Assembly (NCBI GenBank): GCA_016721625.1 | Contig: JADKHR010000001.1 | Coordinates: 2,419,807-2,483,806 of the forward strand | Direction: 5' to 3' | DNA length: 64,000 bases | From: Elusimicrobiota bacterium | Lineage (GTDB): Bacteria; Elusimicrobiota; Elusimicrobia; FEN-1173 | Shown here: in pieces, positions 9,284-16,889 of the stretch | Layout: the number at the start of each line of letters is the position of its first letter | Position numbering within the stretch: the first letter of the stretch is position 1 | Notes under the pieces: generated by a model | The model's database searches: none | What the model saw: the letters and a program-made list of their open reading frames with translations, nothing else | Told to the model about the DNA's origin: nothing | Position numbers and translations under genes: made by a program

Positions 9284-9604
9284 ATGGCTGACGTCTACGA
9301 TCACTTAGCGAAGTGCACAGGTTTTAATTGGGATAAATGGAACACGAGCAAAATATGGGACAAGCACAAAGTCACCCCATCCGAATGCGAACAGCCTTTC
9401 TTTAATCGGCCATTTATTGTCGACAACGATGAGAGACATTCAAAAGACGAGATTAGGTTCTATGCGCTCGGACAAACGGATGCCGGCAGACTCCTTTTCA
9501 TCGTTTTTACCATCCGCGGGCACTTAATCCGCGCAATATCGGTGCGGGACATGAGCAACAGAGAGCGGGAGGACTACAAATACCATGAAAAACAAAATCC
9601 CTAA
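9284..9604 (+). CDS. brnT: second BrnT-family toxin (divergent paralog)
   Basis: FNWDKWNTSKIWDKHKVTPSECEQPFFN...DERHSKDEIRFYALGQ...LIRAISVRDMSNRERE. Confidence 0.65.
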   Translation: MADVYDHLAKCTGFNWDKWNTSKIWDKHKVTPSECEQPFFNRPFIVDNDERHSKDEIRFYALGQTDAGRLLFIVFTIRGHLIRAISVRDMSNREREDYKYHEKQNP

Positions 9605-9860
9605 GTTTAAGAACGAATCAGAGGAACTGACTTTTTGGGCTTCTCATGACTCTTCTAATTACATCGACTGGAAGAAGGCTCGTAGAGTTACTCTGCCTAA
9701 TTTGAAACCGTCTGTTAGGTCAATATCTATTCGTCTTCCTGAATCAATGTTTGAAGAGCTTAGGCTTCTAGCCAACAAGAAAGACGTTCCATATCAGTCT
9801 CTCTTGAAAATGTATCTGGCAGAGAGACTTCAAACTGAACTTAAACATGCACACGCATAG
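9585..9860 (+). CDS. brnA: second BrnA-family antitoxin
   Basis: 20-nt overlap with upstream toxin; SISIRLPESMFEELRLLANKKDVPYQSLLKMYLAERL ribbon-helix-helix-like. Confidence 0.6.
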   Translation: MKNKIPKFKNESEELTFWASHDSSNYIDWKKARRVTLPNLKPSVRSISIRLPESMFEELRLLANKKDVPYQSLLKMYLAERLQTELKHAHA

Positions 9861-9862
9861 GC

Positions 9863-9924
9863 GCCCAACAAATCGCTCGAGCGGACGGCCACACCCCGGC
9901 CGCCGCTGAGCTTAGCCGTTAGGC
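9863..9924 (+). repeat. attC site 4
   Basis: GCCCAAC (9863) ... CGCTCGAGCGGACGGCC/GGCCGCCGCTGAGC ... GTTAGGC (9918). Confidence 0.7.
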
Positions 9925-9954
9925 CGGCAAATGGAATGATTGAATGGAGATACA

Positions 9955-10185
9955 ATGAAGGGAAATCTATTTCGTGCGGCCAAAGAATATATTGATCTGG
10001 TTGAACGGATTGAAAAAACGAGGGATCCCCTAAAACTTCAAGTTCTTGACTTGAAGAAAAGAGAGCTGAGGCTCATTGGAATTTCATTGAATTGCTTAAA
10101 GCTCAGGGAATTAAATACAAAGACCGAGAACATGCAACCAGGATCGCTTTTCGAATTGCCAATGAGGAATTATGAGTCTGCTTGA
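9955..10185 (+). CDS. cassette 5, gene a: small hypothetical protein (76 aa from ATG; TTG alternative at 9940)
   Basis: helical charged protein; 14-nt overlap with next ORF; TA-like two-gene cassette. Confidence 0.4.
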   Translation: MKGNLFRAAKEYIDLVERIEKTRDPLKLQVLDLKKRELRLIGISLNCLKLRELNTKTENMQPGSLFELPMRNYESA

Positions 10186-10447
10186 AATCGCTCAAATCTA
10201 CACCGACTTGGTCCGAACAGAAGAAAATATTCCCGGGACCGAACATGTTTCAAAAGAGGAAATAAATGTACTTCGATCCAAGCACCACGAAATCCTCATG
10301 CATAAACTCCGTGAGGAAGGAATTGAATTTACGGATCGTTTTGAGGCCATGAACATTGCTTTTGAAATAATCACCTCGCCCAACCATTCGCTCAGCCGGA
10401 CGTTACCCTGCCGGCCTTCGGCCGCCAAACCTAGTAATTTTCGTTAA
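10172..10447 (+). CDS. cassette 5, gene b: small hypothetical protein (91 aa)
   Basis: overlaps gene a; C-terminal ~20 aa are read-through into attC5. Confidence 0.4.
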   Translation: MSLLEIAQIYTDLVRTEENIPGTEHVSKEEINVLRSKHHEILMHKLREEGIEFTDRFEAMNIAFEIITSPNHSLSRTLPCRPSAAKPSNFR

Positions 10448-10449
10448 AG
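10378..10449 (+). repeat. attC site 5 (more degenerate)
   Basis: GCCCAAC (10378) ... CTCAGCCGGACG/CCGGCCTTCGGCCGCC ... GTTAAAG (10443). Confidence 0.5.
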
Positions 10450-10633
10450 CTGTAGAAAAGCTCCTATGCTCGGAAAATGGGCGAAAACAGAGAAAAACCG
10501 GATCACATAGACGATCCGGGACGAACGATTTGAAGTGTCGTAAGGTGTTTCAACCCTGAATTCGGAATTTGAAATTACCGGTTGGGGGTTTTTCTACAGA
10601 CTCGTTATGCCGGAGCCTAATGCCAAGCTTCAG

Positions 10634-10725
10634 GCCCCAAATCTCACGGGGGCTCCTTGATCCCCCACCCACCGCCACCATGGAATGGCCTCGCGGCGGC
10701 CGCCCGCTAGACTTTCATGTTGGCC
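10634..10725 (+). repeat. attC site 6 (long variant)
   Basis: GCCCCAAAT ... GCGGCCGCCCGCTAGACTTTCATGTTGGCC closely parallels 3' half of attC3/attC4. Confidence 0.5.
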
Positions 10726-10733
10726 TAGGAGAA

Positions 10734-11204
10734 ATGATGCGAGTGTCCCTCTGGTTGCTTCTGTTTTGCTTTAGCGTTGTGGCTCCTGCTCAAGGAGCCG
10801 AGTATGTGCTTCGAATTGACAGGGACGAGGCTTGTCCCATTGGACCCCCAACCCCGAAAATCGAAAAAGGCCTACGCGCTTTGCTTGGCTATAAACATTC
10901 CGACGCCATCGTCGGTTTTGTCCTGGATTTGAATGGGGATAGAATTAATGATTATATTATTCAGGCAAATAAACCCTTGTGCGGCGCCGAAACTTGTCCT
11001 TACGAAATCATGGATGGGTCATCCAATAAATCAATCGGGACAGTCATCGGTGATCCGTTGGTTGTCAGCTCAATGAAGATTCAGGGGCACCTGGTCATTC
11101 AAGCCTATGGCCACGGTGGCGCCAAACCTGGAATGTATGGGACTTATGTCTTCGATGAGGGCCAATATGTCGAAGTGTCCGGCATCGATTTGATTTCGGA
11201 ATAA
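10734..11204 (+). CDS. cassette 7: secreted hypothetical protein (157 aa, 4 Cys)
   Basis: ATG at 10734 inside ORF 10569..11204; signal peptide MMRVSLWLLLFCFSVVAPAQG. Confidence 0.5.
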   Translation: MMRVSLWLLLFCFSVVAPAQGAEYVLRIDRDEACPIGPPTPKIEKGLRALLGYKHSDAIVGFVLDLNGDRINDYIIQANKPLCGAETCPYEIMDGSSNKSIGTVIGDPLVVSSMKIQGHLVIQAYGHGGAKPGMYGTYVFDEGQYVEVSGIDLISE

Positions 11205-11290
11205 TTGGTTTTGCTCTTCAACATTTCAGACAGGGCTTCCCGGCCCCTTCTTTTTGGAGCCTGCCCTGGTTTAGCTGTTTTTGGCCTTCA

Positions 11291-12211
11291 TTGAAACTTC
11301 TTCCCGATTTCCCCGCGTTTAAGAAAGTATACGTTGAGATTGGGAACGTTTGTCAGTTGAAATGTCCCTTTTGTCCTGAGGTGGTCAGGGATAAAACATT
11401 TATGGGGCGGGAATTATTTGAAAAGGTTGTTAGAGCGGTGGCCCCGCTCACAGAAGAGGTGTGCTTTCATTTGATGGGGGAACCCCTCCTCCACCCGGAA
11501 TTCGATTCTTATGTGGCTTTCTGCCGCACTGTCGGCGTTCGCCTCAATATAACGACCAACGGTCTTTTGCTTGATCGCCAACGAACGGAGGCCCTTTTAA
11601 ATTCCGCTGTGAAACAAATCAATTTCTCGCTTCAGAGTTTTGAGGCCAATTTTCCGCATCGGGACCATTCGGAATATCTTCAAAACATTTTTGATTTTAC
11701 CGAGAGAGCCCTGCGGGAACGTTCGGACCTCTACATCAACTATCGGCTTTGGAATGAGGGCGCGGAGGGGGCCCAGGGGTCCAATGACCTCTTGCTCCAG
11801 AAAATAAAACAGGGCCTTCATGTTGAAATCCAAAAGAAGGCCGATGTTCGATGGAAGAAGAGCGTCCATTTAAAGGGCCGGGTGTTTTTGCATTTTGACA
11901 GCCGGTTCCAATGGCCCCACCTCGACCAGCCCGTCAGAAGCGCCCGGGGGTTTTGCTACGGCTTGTCTTCCCATATCGGGATTCTGGCCGACGGGACGGT
12001 GGTGCCGTGTTGTTTGGATAAAGACGGTGTCATCGGTTTAGGGAATGCGGATACGCAAAATATCGATGAAATCATTGATAGCCCCCGGGCCAGGGCTCTC
12101 CGTCAAGGATTCCAAAGGGGAAATTTGGTCGAAGACCTTTGCCGTAAATGCACGTTTATTTCAAGGTTTGATAAGAAGGTGGGACGAGGGAGGACTCCTG
12201 TTCTGGGGTGA
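11291..12211 (+). CDS. radical SAM protein with C-terminal SPASM/twitch domain
   Basis: CQLKCPFC (CxxxCxxC), C-terminal VVPCCLDKDG...DLCRKC; GC ~48-50% (below core); TTG start at 11291 uncertain. Confidence 0.7.
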   Translation: MKLLPDFPAFKKVYVEIGNVCQLKCPFCPEVVRDKTFMGRELFEKVVRAVAPLTEEVCFHLMGEPLLHPEFDSYVAFCRTVGVRLNITTNGLLLDRQRTEALLNSAVKQINFSLQSFEANFPHRDHSEYLQNIFDFTERALRERSDLYINYRLWNEGAEGAQGSNDLLLQKIKQGLHVEIQKKADVRWKKSVHLKGRVFLHFDSRFQWPHLDQPVRSARGFCYGLSSHIGILADGTVVPCCLDKDGVIGLGNADTQNIDEIIDSPRARALRQGFQRGNLVEDLCRKCTFISRFDKKVGRGRTPVLG

Positions 12212-12248
12212 CCAGGGACGAGAGCGGGTTAAACGCCATGGGGGGCCC

Positions 12249-13799
12249 TTGGCGGGACTCTTTTTGGCGGCAGGGTTGGCTCTCTTTCCATTTTTCCGGC
12301 AAGCCCTATTCGTGGACGACCACGCCCACTTTGAGCAGGCCGAGAGAATCGCCTGGACGGGGGGTGGGCCCTATTCTAAGACGGCGGGTGGATTGGGGTG
12401 GGTGAAAGGTCAAATTCCGGGGGAGGCCAACGGGCCCGTGTACCTCATGGCCGTCGGGGGGCTGATTCGTTTGTTGGGGGATGAGGTTTCCGTTGTTCGG
12501 TTGGCGTTGTTTCCCCTGCACTTGGCGGGCGTGTTTTCGGTTTATTTTTTGGCCCGGCGGTTTGTTCGACGCCCCTTCTTGGCCTCGCTCGTTTGGTTGG
12601 TTTCTCCTCATGTCTGGCTGACCACCAATTCCCTTTTGGTGGACGCCATGTTGGCGTCCCTGGTGTCCATCGGAATTTGCCTGTGGGTGGAAGGGTGGGA
12701 AAGGGATTCGGATCTTTTGCTCGCGGGCGGCGCTTTCTTCCAAGGGTTAAGCTTTTTGGTGAAATACACGGGATTGATTTCCATCGCTGTTTCGCTGATC
12801 TGGATCCTCCTTTGGTCCAAACGGCGGTTCCACGGGAAATCCCTTTGGTTGTCCATTCCCGTGGGAATGGGCGTGGGTTGGTTTTTGTGGTCGCGGTCCT
12901 TTTACGGGGAGTCCCACTTTCTGGCCGTGGCGCGGGGAAGCCTCTCTTTTCACGGTGGGGATCGGTGGGTGACGCTCGCCGCGTTTGCGACGGCGACGAC
13001 ACCCATTCTCGCTCTGGCCGGCATCAAAAATCTTTTGACGAATAAACCGGCGCGCGTGGGAGCCCTCGGGGCCTTCCTGGCGGCGGGGATTTTGGCGCCG
13101 TTCACCGACATGATTACCACCTTCGGGCTCTGTGCCCTCGCCTCCCTTTTCGTCGTCGCCCTTTGGCCGGCGGCTCCCGACGCCGACAGGGCGCCCGGAG
13201 AGGGGTGGTTGCGTTCATGGATTCTCCTCGGTGTCGTCGGTTTGTGGGCCGCCAGGGGATGGGTTTGCGCCCGTTACCTTGTGGTCATTGGAATACCGTT
13301 GGTCCTGCTTTCACTTCAAGTTCTTGAATCCTGGCGGTTTTGGGGGAAAATTGGCCGTTCCGCCCTTTGGGGGTTGATCGTCTATGGCGGATGTTTGGCG
13401 GCGGCTAATTTTCAGCAGGCCGCGGTGGATCCCTGGGCGATAAAAGAGGTTCAGAAGAAATTTGGACGTGACACTTCTGTCCAGTGGTTTTTCCCAGCGG
13501 CCACTCTGTCCGGCCTTCCTTATTACGGAGCCAAGGCCGGGTGGAGGCCGTTGAAGCCGGGGGAAGATATCCCGCCAGGGGGGCGCCTCCTTCTTCCCGC
13601 GCGACGGTTACCAAAGGTTTTTTGGCCGAACACACAGGGGGCCGCCGTCCTGGGAACTTTCTCGGCCCCTCGCGGACTTCCCTTTCGCTTGCTTGGATCC
13701 AAGGCGGGGTTTTATGGGTCGATTTGGGGGCCGCGACCCTTTGGTTTTTCTTTAGAACCCGTTGAAAAGTTTTATATCTTTGAGACCTCAAATGAGTAG
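12249..13799 (+). CDS. GT39/ArnT-like polytopic membrane glycosyltransferase (PMT-type)
   Basis: many TM helices, conserved LFVDDHAHF loop motif; start uncertain (TTG 12249; ORF open from 12045 and overlapping radical SAM gene). Confidence 0.6.
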   Translation: MAGLFLAAGLALFPFFRQALFVDDHAHFEQAERIAWTGGGPYSKTAGGLGWVKGQIPGEANGPVYLMAVGGLIRLLGDEVSVVRLALFPLHLAGVFSVYFLARRFVRRPFLASLVWLVSPHVWLTTNSLLVDAMLASLVSIGICLWVEGWERDSDLLLAGGAFFQGLSFLVKYTGLISIAVSLIWILLWSKRRFHGKSLWLSIPVGMGVGWFLWSRSFYGESHFLAVARGSLSFHGGDRWVTLAAFATATTPILALAGIKNLLTNKPARVGALGAFLAAGILAPFTDMITTFGLCALASLFVVALWPAAPDADRAPGEGWLRSWILLGVVGLWAARGWVCARYLVVIGIPLVLLSLQVLESWRFWGKIGRSALWGLIVYGGCLAAANFQQAAVDPWAIKEVQKKFGRDTSVQWFFPAATLSGLPYYGAKAGWRPLKPGEDIPPGGRLLLPARRLPKVFWPNTQGAAVLGTFSAPRGLPFRLLGSKAGFYGSIWGPRPFGFSLEPVEKFYIFETSNE

Positions 13800-13816
13800 C
13801 TTGGGGGAACTGTCGG

Positions 13817-14173
13817 GTGGCGCCTGGGGGGGAAATGGCATCGGACCAGGAATTCGTTGATTTTGTCTGCGATCAGATGCGGGGAGCCGGGCCTATCTCC
13901 TTTCGGAAGATGTTTGGAGAATACGCGATTTACTGCCGCGGGAAAGTGGTGGCGCTTGTTTGCGATAACCAATTGTTCGTTAAGCCCACGGCGGGCGGCC
14001 GATCCTTCGGCGGGAATGTGGAAGAGGCTCCTCCTTACCCTGGGGCGAAAAATTATTTTCTGGTGGGCGATCGAATCGACGATCGGGAGTGGGTTTCCGG
14101 CTTGGTCCGAGCCACGGAAAAAAACCTCCCCGCGCCGAAGCCGAAGAAACGCAAGTCGAAAAGGCGCCTCTAG
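13817..14173 (+). CDS. TfoX/Sxy N-terminal-domain family protein
   Basis: RKMFGEYAIYCRGKVVALVCDNQLFVK pattern; basic C-terminal tail. Confidence 0.5.
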   Translation: MAPGGEMASDQEFVDFVCDQMRGAGPISFRKMFGEYAIYCRGKVVALVCDNQLFVKPTAGGRSFGGNVEEAPPYPGAKNYFLVGDRIDDREWVSGLVRATEKNLPAPKPKKRKSKRRL

Positions 14174-14309
14174 GAGCTTGATCCATTCTCCCGATTCGGC
14201 TGCAAATTTATCTGTCGGCCTGGGTCTTTGCCCCGAATATATTTTTTAGCATCCCACTCGGTCTTTGTTATAGGATCGTTAGGGGGAATATTGTCCAAAG
14301 GGAGTGATT

Positions 14310-14654
14310 ATGCGAATTGTTTTGGCGGTGTCAGCCTGGGTCCTTTTAGCGGGGTGTGCGCCAACGTTGGTTCAGCTCAATTCACGGGCTGAACGGGTGA
14401 CCGTCAGCAAGGAAAACCCCGGCCCTGGGTTCAAAGAAATTGGACCCATCTCGGCGTCCCATGGGGAAGGGAACGGGGTGATTGGCCGGAAGGGAACCTA
14501 CGAAGGGGCTTACACCCTTCTCAAAAACAAGGCCGCCGACATGGGGGCGGACCATGTGATGATCTTGAATATCGTGGAGGCGGACTCTAACCCCAATGAT
14601 CCGGGCGATAACCATTTTGTGATCCGCGGGGTGGCGTATCGAAAGGGTCCGTAA
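14310..14654 (+). CDS. hypothetical lipoprotein
   Basis: RBS AAGGGAG; signal + lipobox LLAGC. Confidence 0.5.
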   Translation: MRIVLAVSAWVLLAGCAPTLVQLNSRAERVTVSKENPGPGFKEIGPISASHGEGNGVIGRKGTYEGAYTLLKNKAADMGADHVMILNIVEADSNPNDPGDNHFVIRGVAYRKGP

Positions 14655-14734
14655 ATCTTTCGAGCGTCAAAAGTTAGACAAATTGGTATTGAAACGGGCC
14701 CATGGGGGTTCCGATCTTCGTTAAGGAGGCTTTT

Positions 14735-15292
14735 ATGAGTGCTCATGCGTTTCGTGTTGCAGTGGCTGTGGTTCTTGGTGTTCAACTCGTTGGTTTTTCA
14801 GCGGCGGACCTTCGGGCCGAGGCGGAAAAACCTGTTGTGGAGTCGGCCGGGCCCGCGGCGGGCGTTTCTCCCGTGGACCTGGCGGGCCAGGAGGCTTGGC
14901 GAAAAGAGTTCAACGGGGTCCGGACCCAACGCAACGTGTTGTTGGGGGGGAGCGTGGCGGCTGTGGTGGCGGGCGGCGTGGTCTATGTGGCGGCCATGGG
15001 GGATATGACTGACGCGAAGAACACGCCCGGGTGCGATTATTCGGGGGGAACCATTTATTGCGCGGACGAGGCCAGCCGGGCCGCCGCCCAGGACCAACTC
15101 GATTCGTCCCAACAAAAAATGCTCATCGGCGCGGCCGTCTCCCTGGGAGGTTTGGGGTTGGCTTTGTGGGGGGCTTTCAAATCGGGGGAAATGAGCCGTT
15201 TGGAGAGGGCAGGGGAGAAAAAGGGATATTCGCTTTCGTTGGAGCCCCGTGGAATGACGGGCATGGAGCTGTTGGTTCGCCGTACGTTTTAG
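14735..15292 (+). CDS. hypothetical secreted/membrane protein
   Basis: ORF 14702..15292; N-terminal hydrophobic segment then Ala/Gly-rich region. Confidence 0.4.
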   Translation: MSAHAFRVAVAVVLGVQLVGFSAADLRAEAEKPVVESAGPAAGVSPVDLAGQEAWRKEFNGVRTQRNVLLGGSVAAVVAGGVVYVAAMGDMTDAKNTPGCDYSGGTIYCADEASRAAAQDQLDSSQQKMLIGAAVSLGGLGLALWGAFKSGEMSRLERAGEKKGYSLSLEPRGMTGMELLVRRTF

Positions 15293-15330
15293 TGTGGACC
15301 GGGGAGGAGAACACGCGGGAAAAAAAGTCC

Positions 15331-15358
15331 TTGACAATTTCGGAAGATATGGCATAAT
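15331..15358 (+). promoter_or_regulatory. sigma70-like promoter TTGACA-16-CATAAT upstream of cspA (long 5' UTR)
   Basis: read directly. Confidence 0.45.
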
Positions 15359-15509
15359 GAAGGCCGTAAGATTGAAGTTTGGCTTCCGGTTCGTCGGTGG
15401 AACATCATCGTAACAGGCCGTGTGGACAAACGTCCCCGCGGCTTTTTTTGCGTGTGGTTCGCTGTGGAATGCGCTTCAGAAACTATCTTACATGGACGGT
15501 GATGTTTCG

Positions 15510-15710
15510 ATGAAAGGTACAGTGAAATGGTTCAACGCATCCAAGGGGTTTGGTTTTATCACCCCCGAAGGTGGTGCGGAGGACGTGTTTGTTCACTTCT
15601 CGGCCATTCAAGGGGAAGGTTACAAATCCCTCAATGACGGCCAAGCGGTGGAGCTCGAGGTGACCAAAGGCCCCAAAGGCCTGCAGGCCGCCAACGTTCG
15701 CCCGTTGTAA
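15510..15710 (+). CDS. cspA: cold-shock protein CspA family
   Basis: [20 protein letters not shown] motifs; 66 aa. Confidence 0.9.
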   Translation: MKGTVKWFNASKGFGFITPEGGAEDVFVHFSAIQGEGYKSLNDGQAVELEVTKGPKGLQAANVRPL

Positions 15711-15725
15711 CCAACGGCTTCGTTA

Positions 15726-15770
15726 GAAAGGACCCTCGCCGGTTTAGCCGGCGAGGGTCCTTTTCTTTTT
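15726..15770 (+). terminator. rho-independent terminator
   Basis: GACCCTCGCCGG-loop-CCGGCGAGGGTC followed by TTTTCTTTTT. Confidence 0.7.
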
Positions 15771-15786
15771 AAGCTATAATACTCCC

Positions 15787-16644
15787 ATGCCGAACCCCTG
15801 CCGCACCGTTTCCATCGGTCCCATCCGCCTCGCCAACGACCGGCCCCTCGCCTTGATCGCCGGGACCTGCGTGGTGGAAAGCGAAGCGATGACTCGGCGT
15901 GTAGCGGCCCGCTTGCAGGACATGGCCCACCGCCTCCGGATCCCCTTCCTCTTTAAAGCGTCCTACGACAAAGCCAACCGATCCTCCAGCGCTTCCTACC
16001 GCGGGCCGGGCCCCGCCGAGGGCCTCGCGATCCTGGCCAAGGTGAAACGGGAACTAGGCCTGGCAGTGGTGACGGACGTCCATTCCGTTGAGGAAATCCC
16101 GGCCGCGGCCGCGGTGGCCGACGTGCTTCAGATCCCCGCGTTCCTTTGCCGGCAGACCGACCTGGTGGTATCCGCCGCCAAATCGGGGCGGGTGGTGAAC
16201 GTCAAAAAGGGGCAATTCCTTTCCCCCTGGGACGCGGAGAACATCGTTCGGAAAGTGGAGGCGGCCGGGTCGGACCGCCTTCTCTTGACGGAACGGGGCG
16301 CGTCTTTCGGTTACAATAATTTGGTGGTGGACATGCGGAGCTTGGAGGTTCTGCGAGGGTTCGGCGCGCCAGTGGTTTTTGACGCGACGCATTCGGTTCA
16401 ATTGCCGGGAGGAAAAGGGACCTCGTCAGGCGGCCAGCGGGAGTTTATTTATCCCCTCGCCCGCGCGGCGGTGGCCGTGGGCGTGGCGGCGGTGTTCATG
16501 GAAGTCCATCCCGACCCGGAAAAAGCCCTTTCCGACGGACCCAACGCCGTCCGGCTGGCCCATGTGCCGGAACTGATGAAGCGCCTTCTCGCCATCGACC
16601 GCGTGGTGAAGCGCCGAGGATTTGTTCGAAACATTTTCGTCTGA
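15787..16644 (+). CDS. kdsA: 3-deoxy-8-phosphooctulonate synthase
   Basis: full-length KDO8P synthase similarity ([22 protein letters not shown]). Confidence 0.9.
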   Translation: MPNPCRTVSIGPIRLANDRPLALIAGTCVVESEAMTRRVAARLQDMAHRLRIPFLFKASYDKANRSSSASYRGPGPAEGLAILAKVKRELGLAVVTDVHSVEEIPAAAAVADVLQIPAFLCRQTDLVVSAAKSGRVVNVKKGQFLSPWDAENIVRKVEAAGSDRLLLTERGASFGYNNLVVDMRSLEVLRGFGAPVVFDATHSVQLPGGKGTSSGGQREFIYPLARAAVAVGVAAVFMEVHPDPEKALSDGPNAVRLAHVPELMKRLLAIDRVVKRRGFVRNIFV

Positions 16645-16657
16645 CAGCGAGGCGGGT

Positions 16658-16882
16658 ATGAAAAAAGAGAAAAACAAGAGCGAGCCGTCCATCCCCTCTC
16701 CGGCGATTCCAGCGTCGGAGCCCTGGCGGCCCACGTGGCGGTGGCACTTGAAGGCCTTGGGGGGGATTTATCTTTTTTTGGTCCTCTTCTATTTCGCCGT
16801 GGACCGTTGGTTGTCCCGTCTTCCGGAGCCCTACCGGTTGCGGGACGTGCCCGTCGAAATGACCCCCTGGCTGAAAAAGTAG
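16658..16882 (+). CDS. small hypothetical membrane protein
   Basis: ORF 16622..16882; one TM helix. Confidence 0.3.
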   Translation: MKKEKNKSEPSIPSPAIPASEPWRPTWRWHLKALGGIYLFLVLFYFAVDRWLSRLPEPYRLRDVPVEMTPWLKK

Positions 16883-16889
16883 GGTTCCC

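Larger units (their letters stand above)
7075..11290 (+). mobile_element. degenerate chromosomal integron: intI remnant + attI region + cassette array (>=6 attC sites)
   Basis: GC drops to ~45% over this span; divergent intI fragment; repeated R''/R' attC architecture with ORFs between sites. Confidence 0.7.

Noticed and set aside
8096-10725. Repeat array considered as CRISPR
   Set aside because: Repeats are 60-90 bp, non-identical, and separated by 400-700 bp ORF-containing segments with R''/R' inverted cores. This is attC architecture, not CRISPR.
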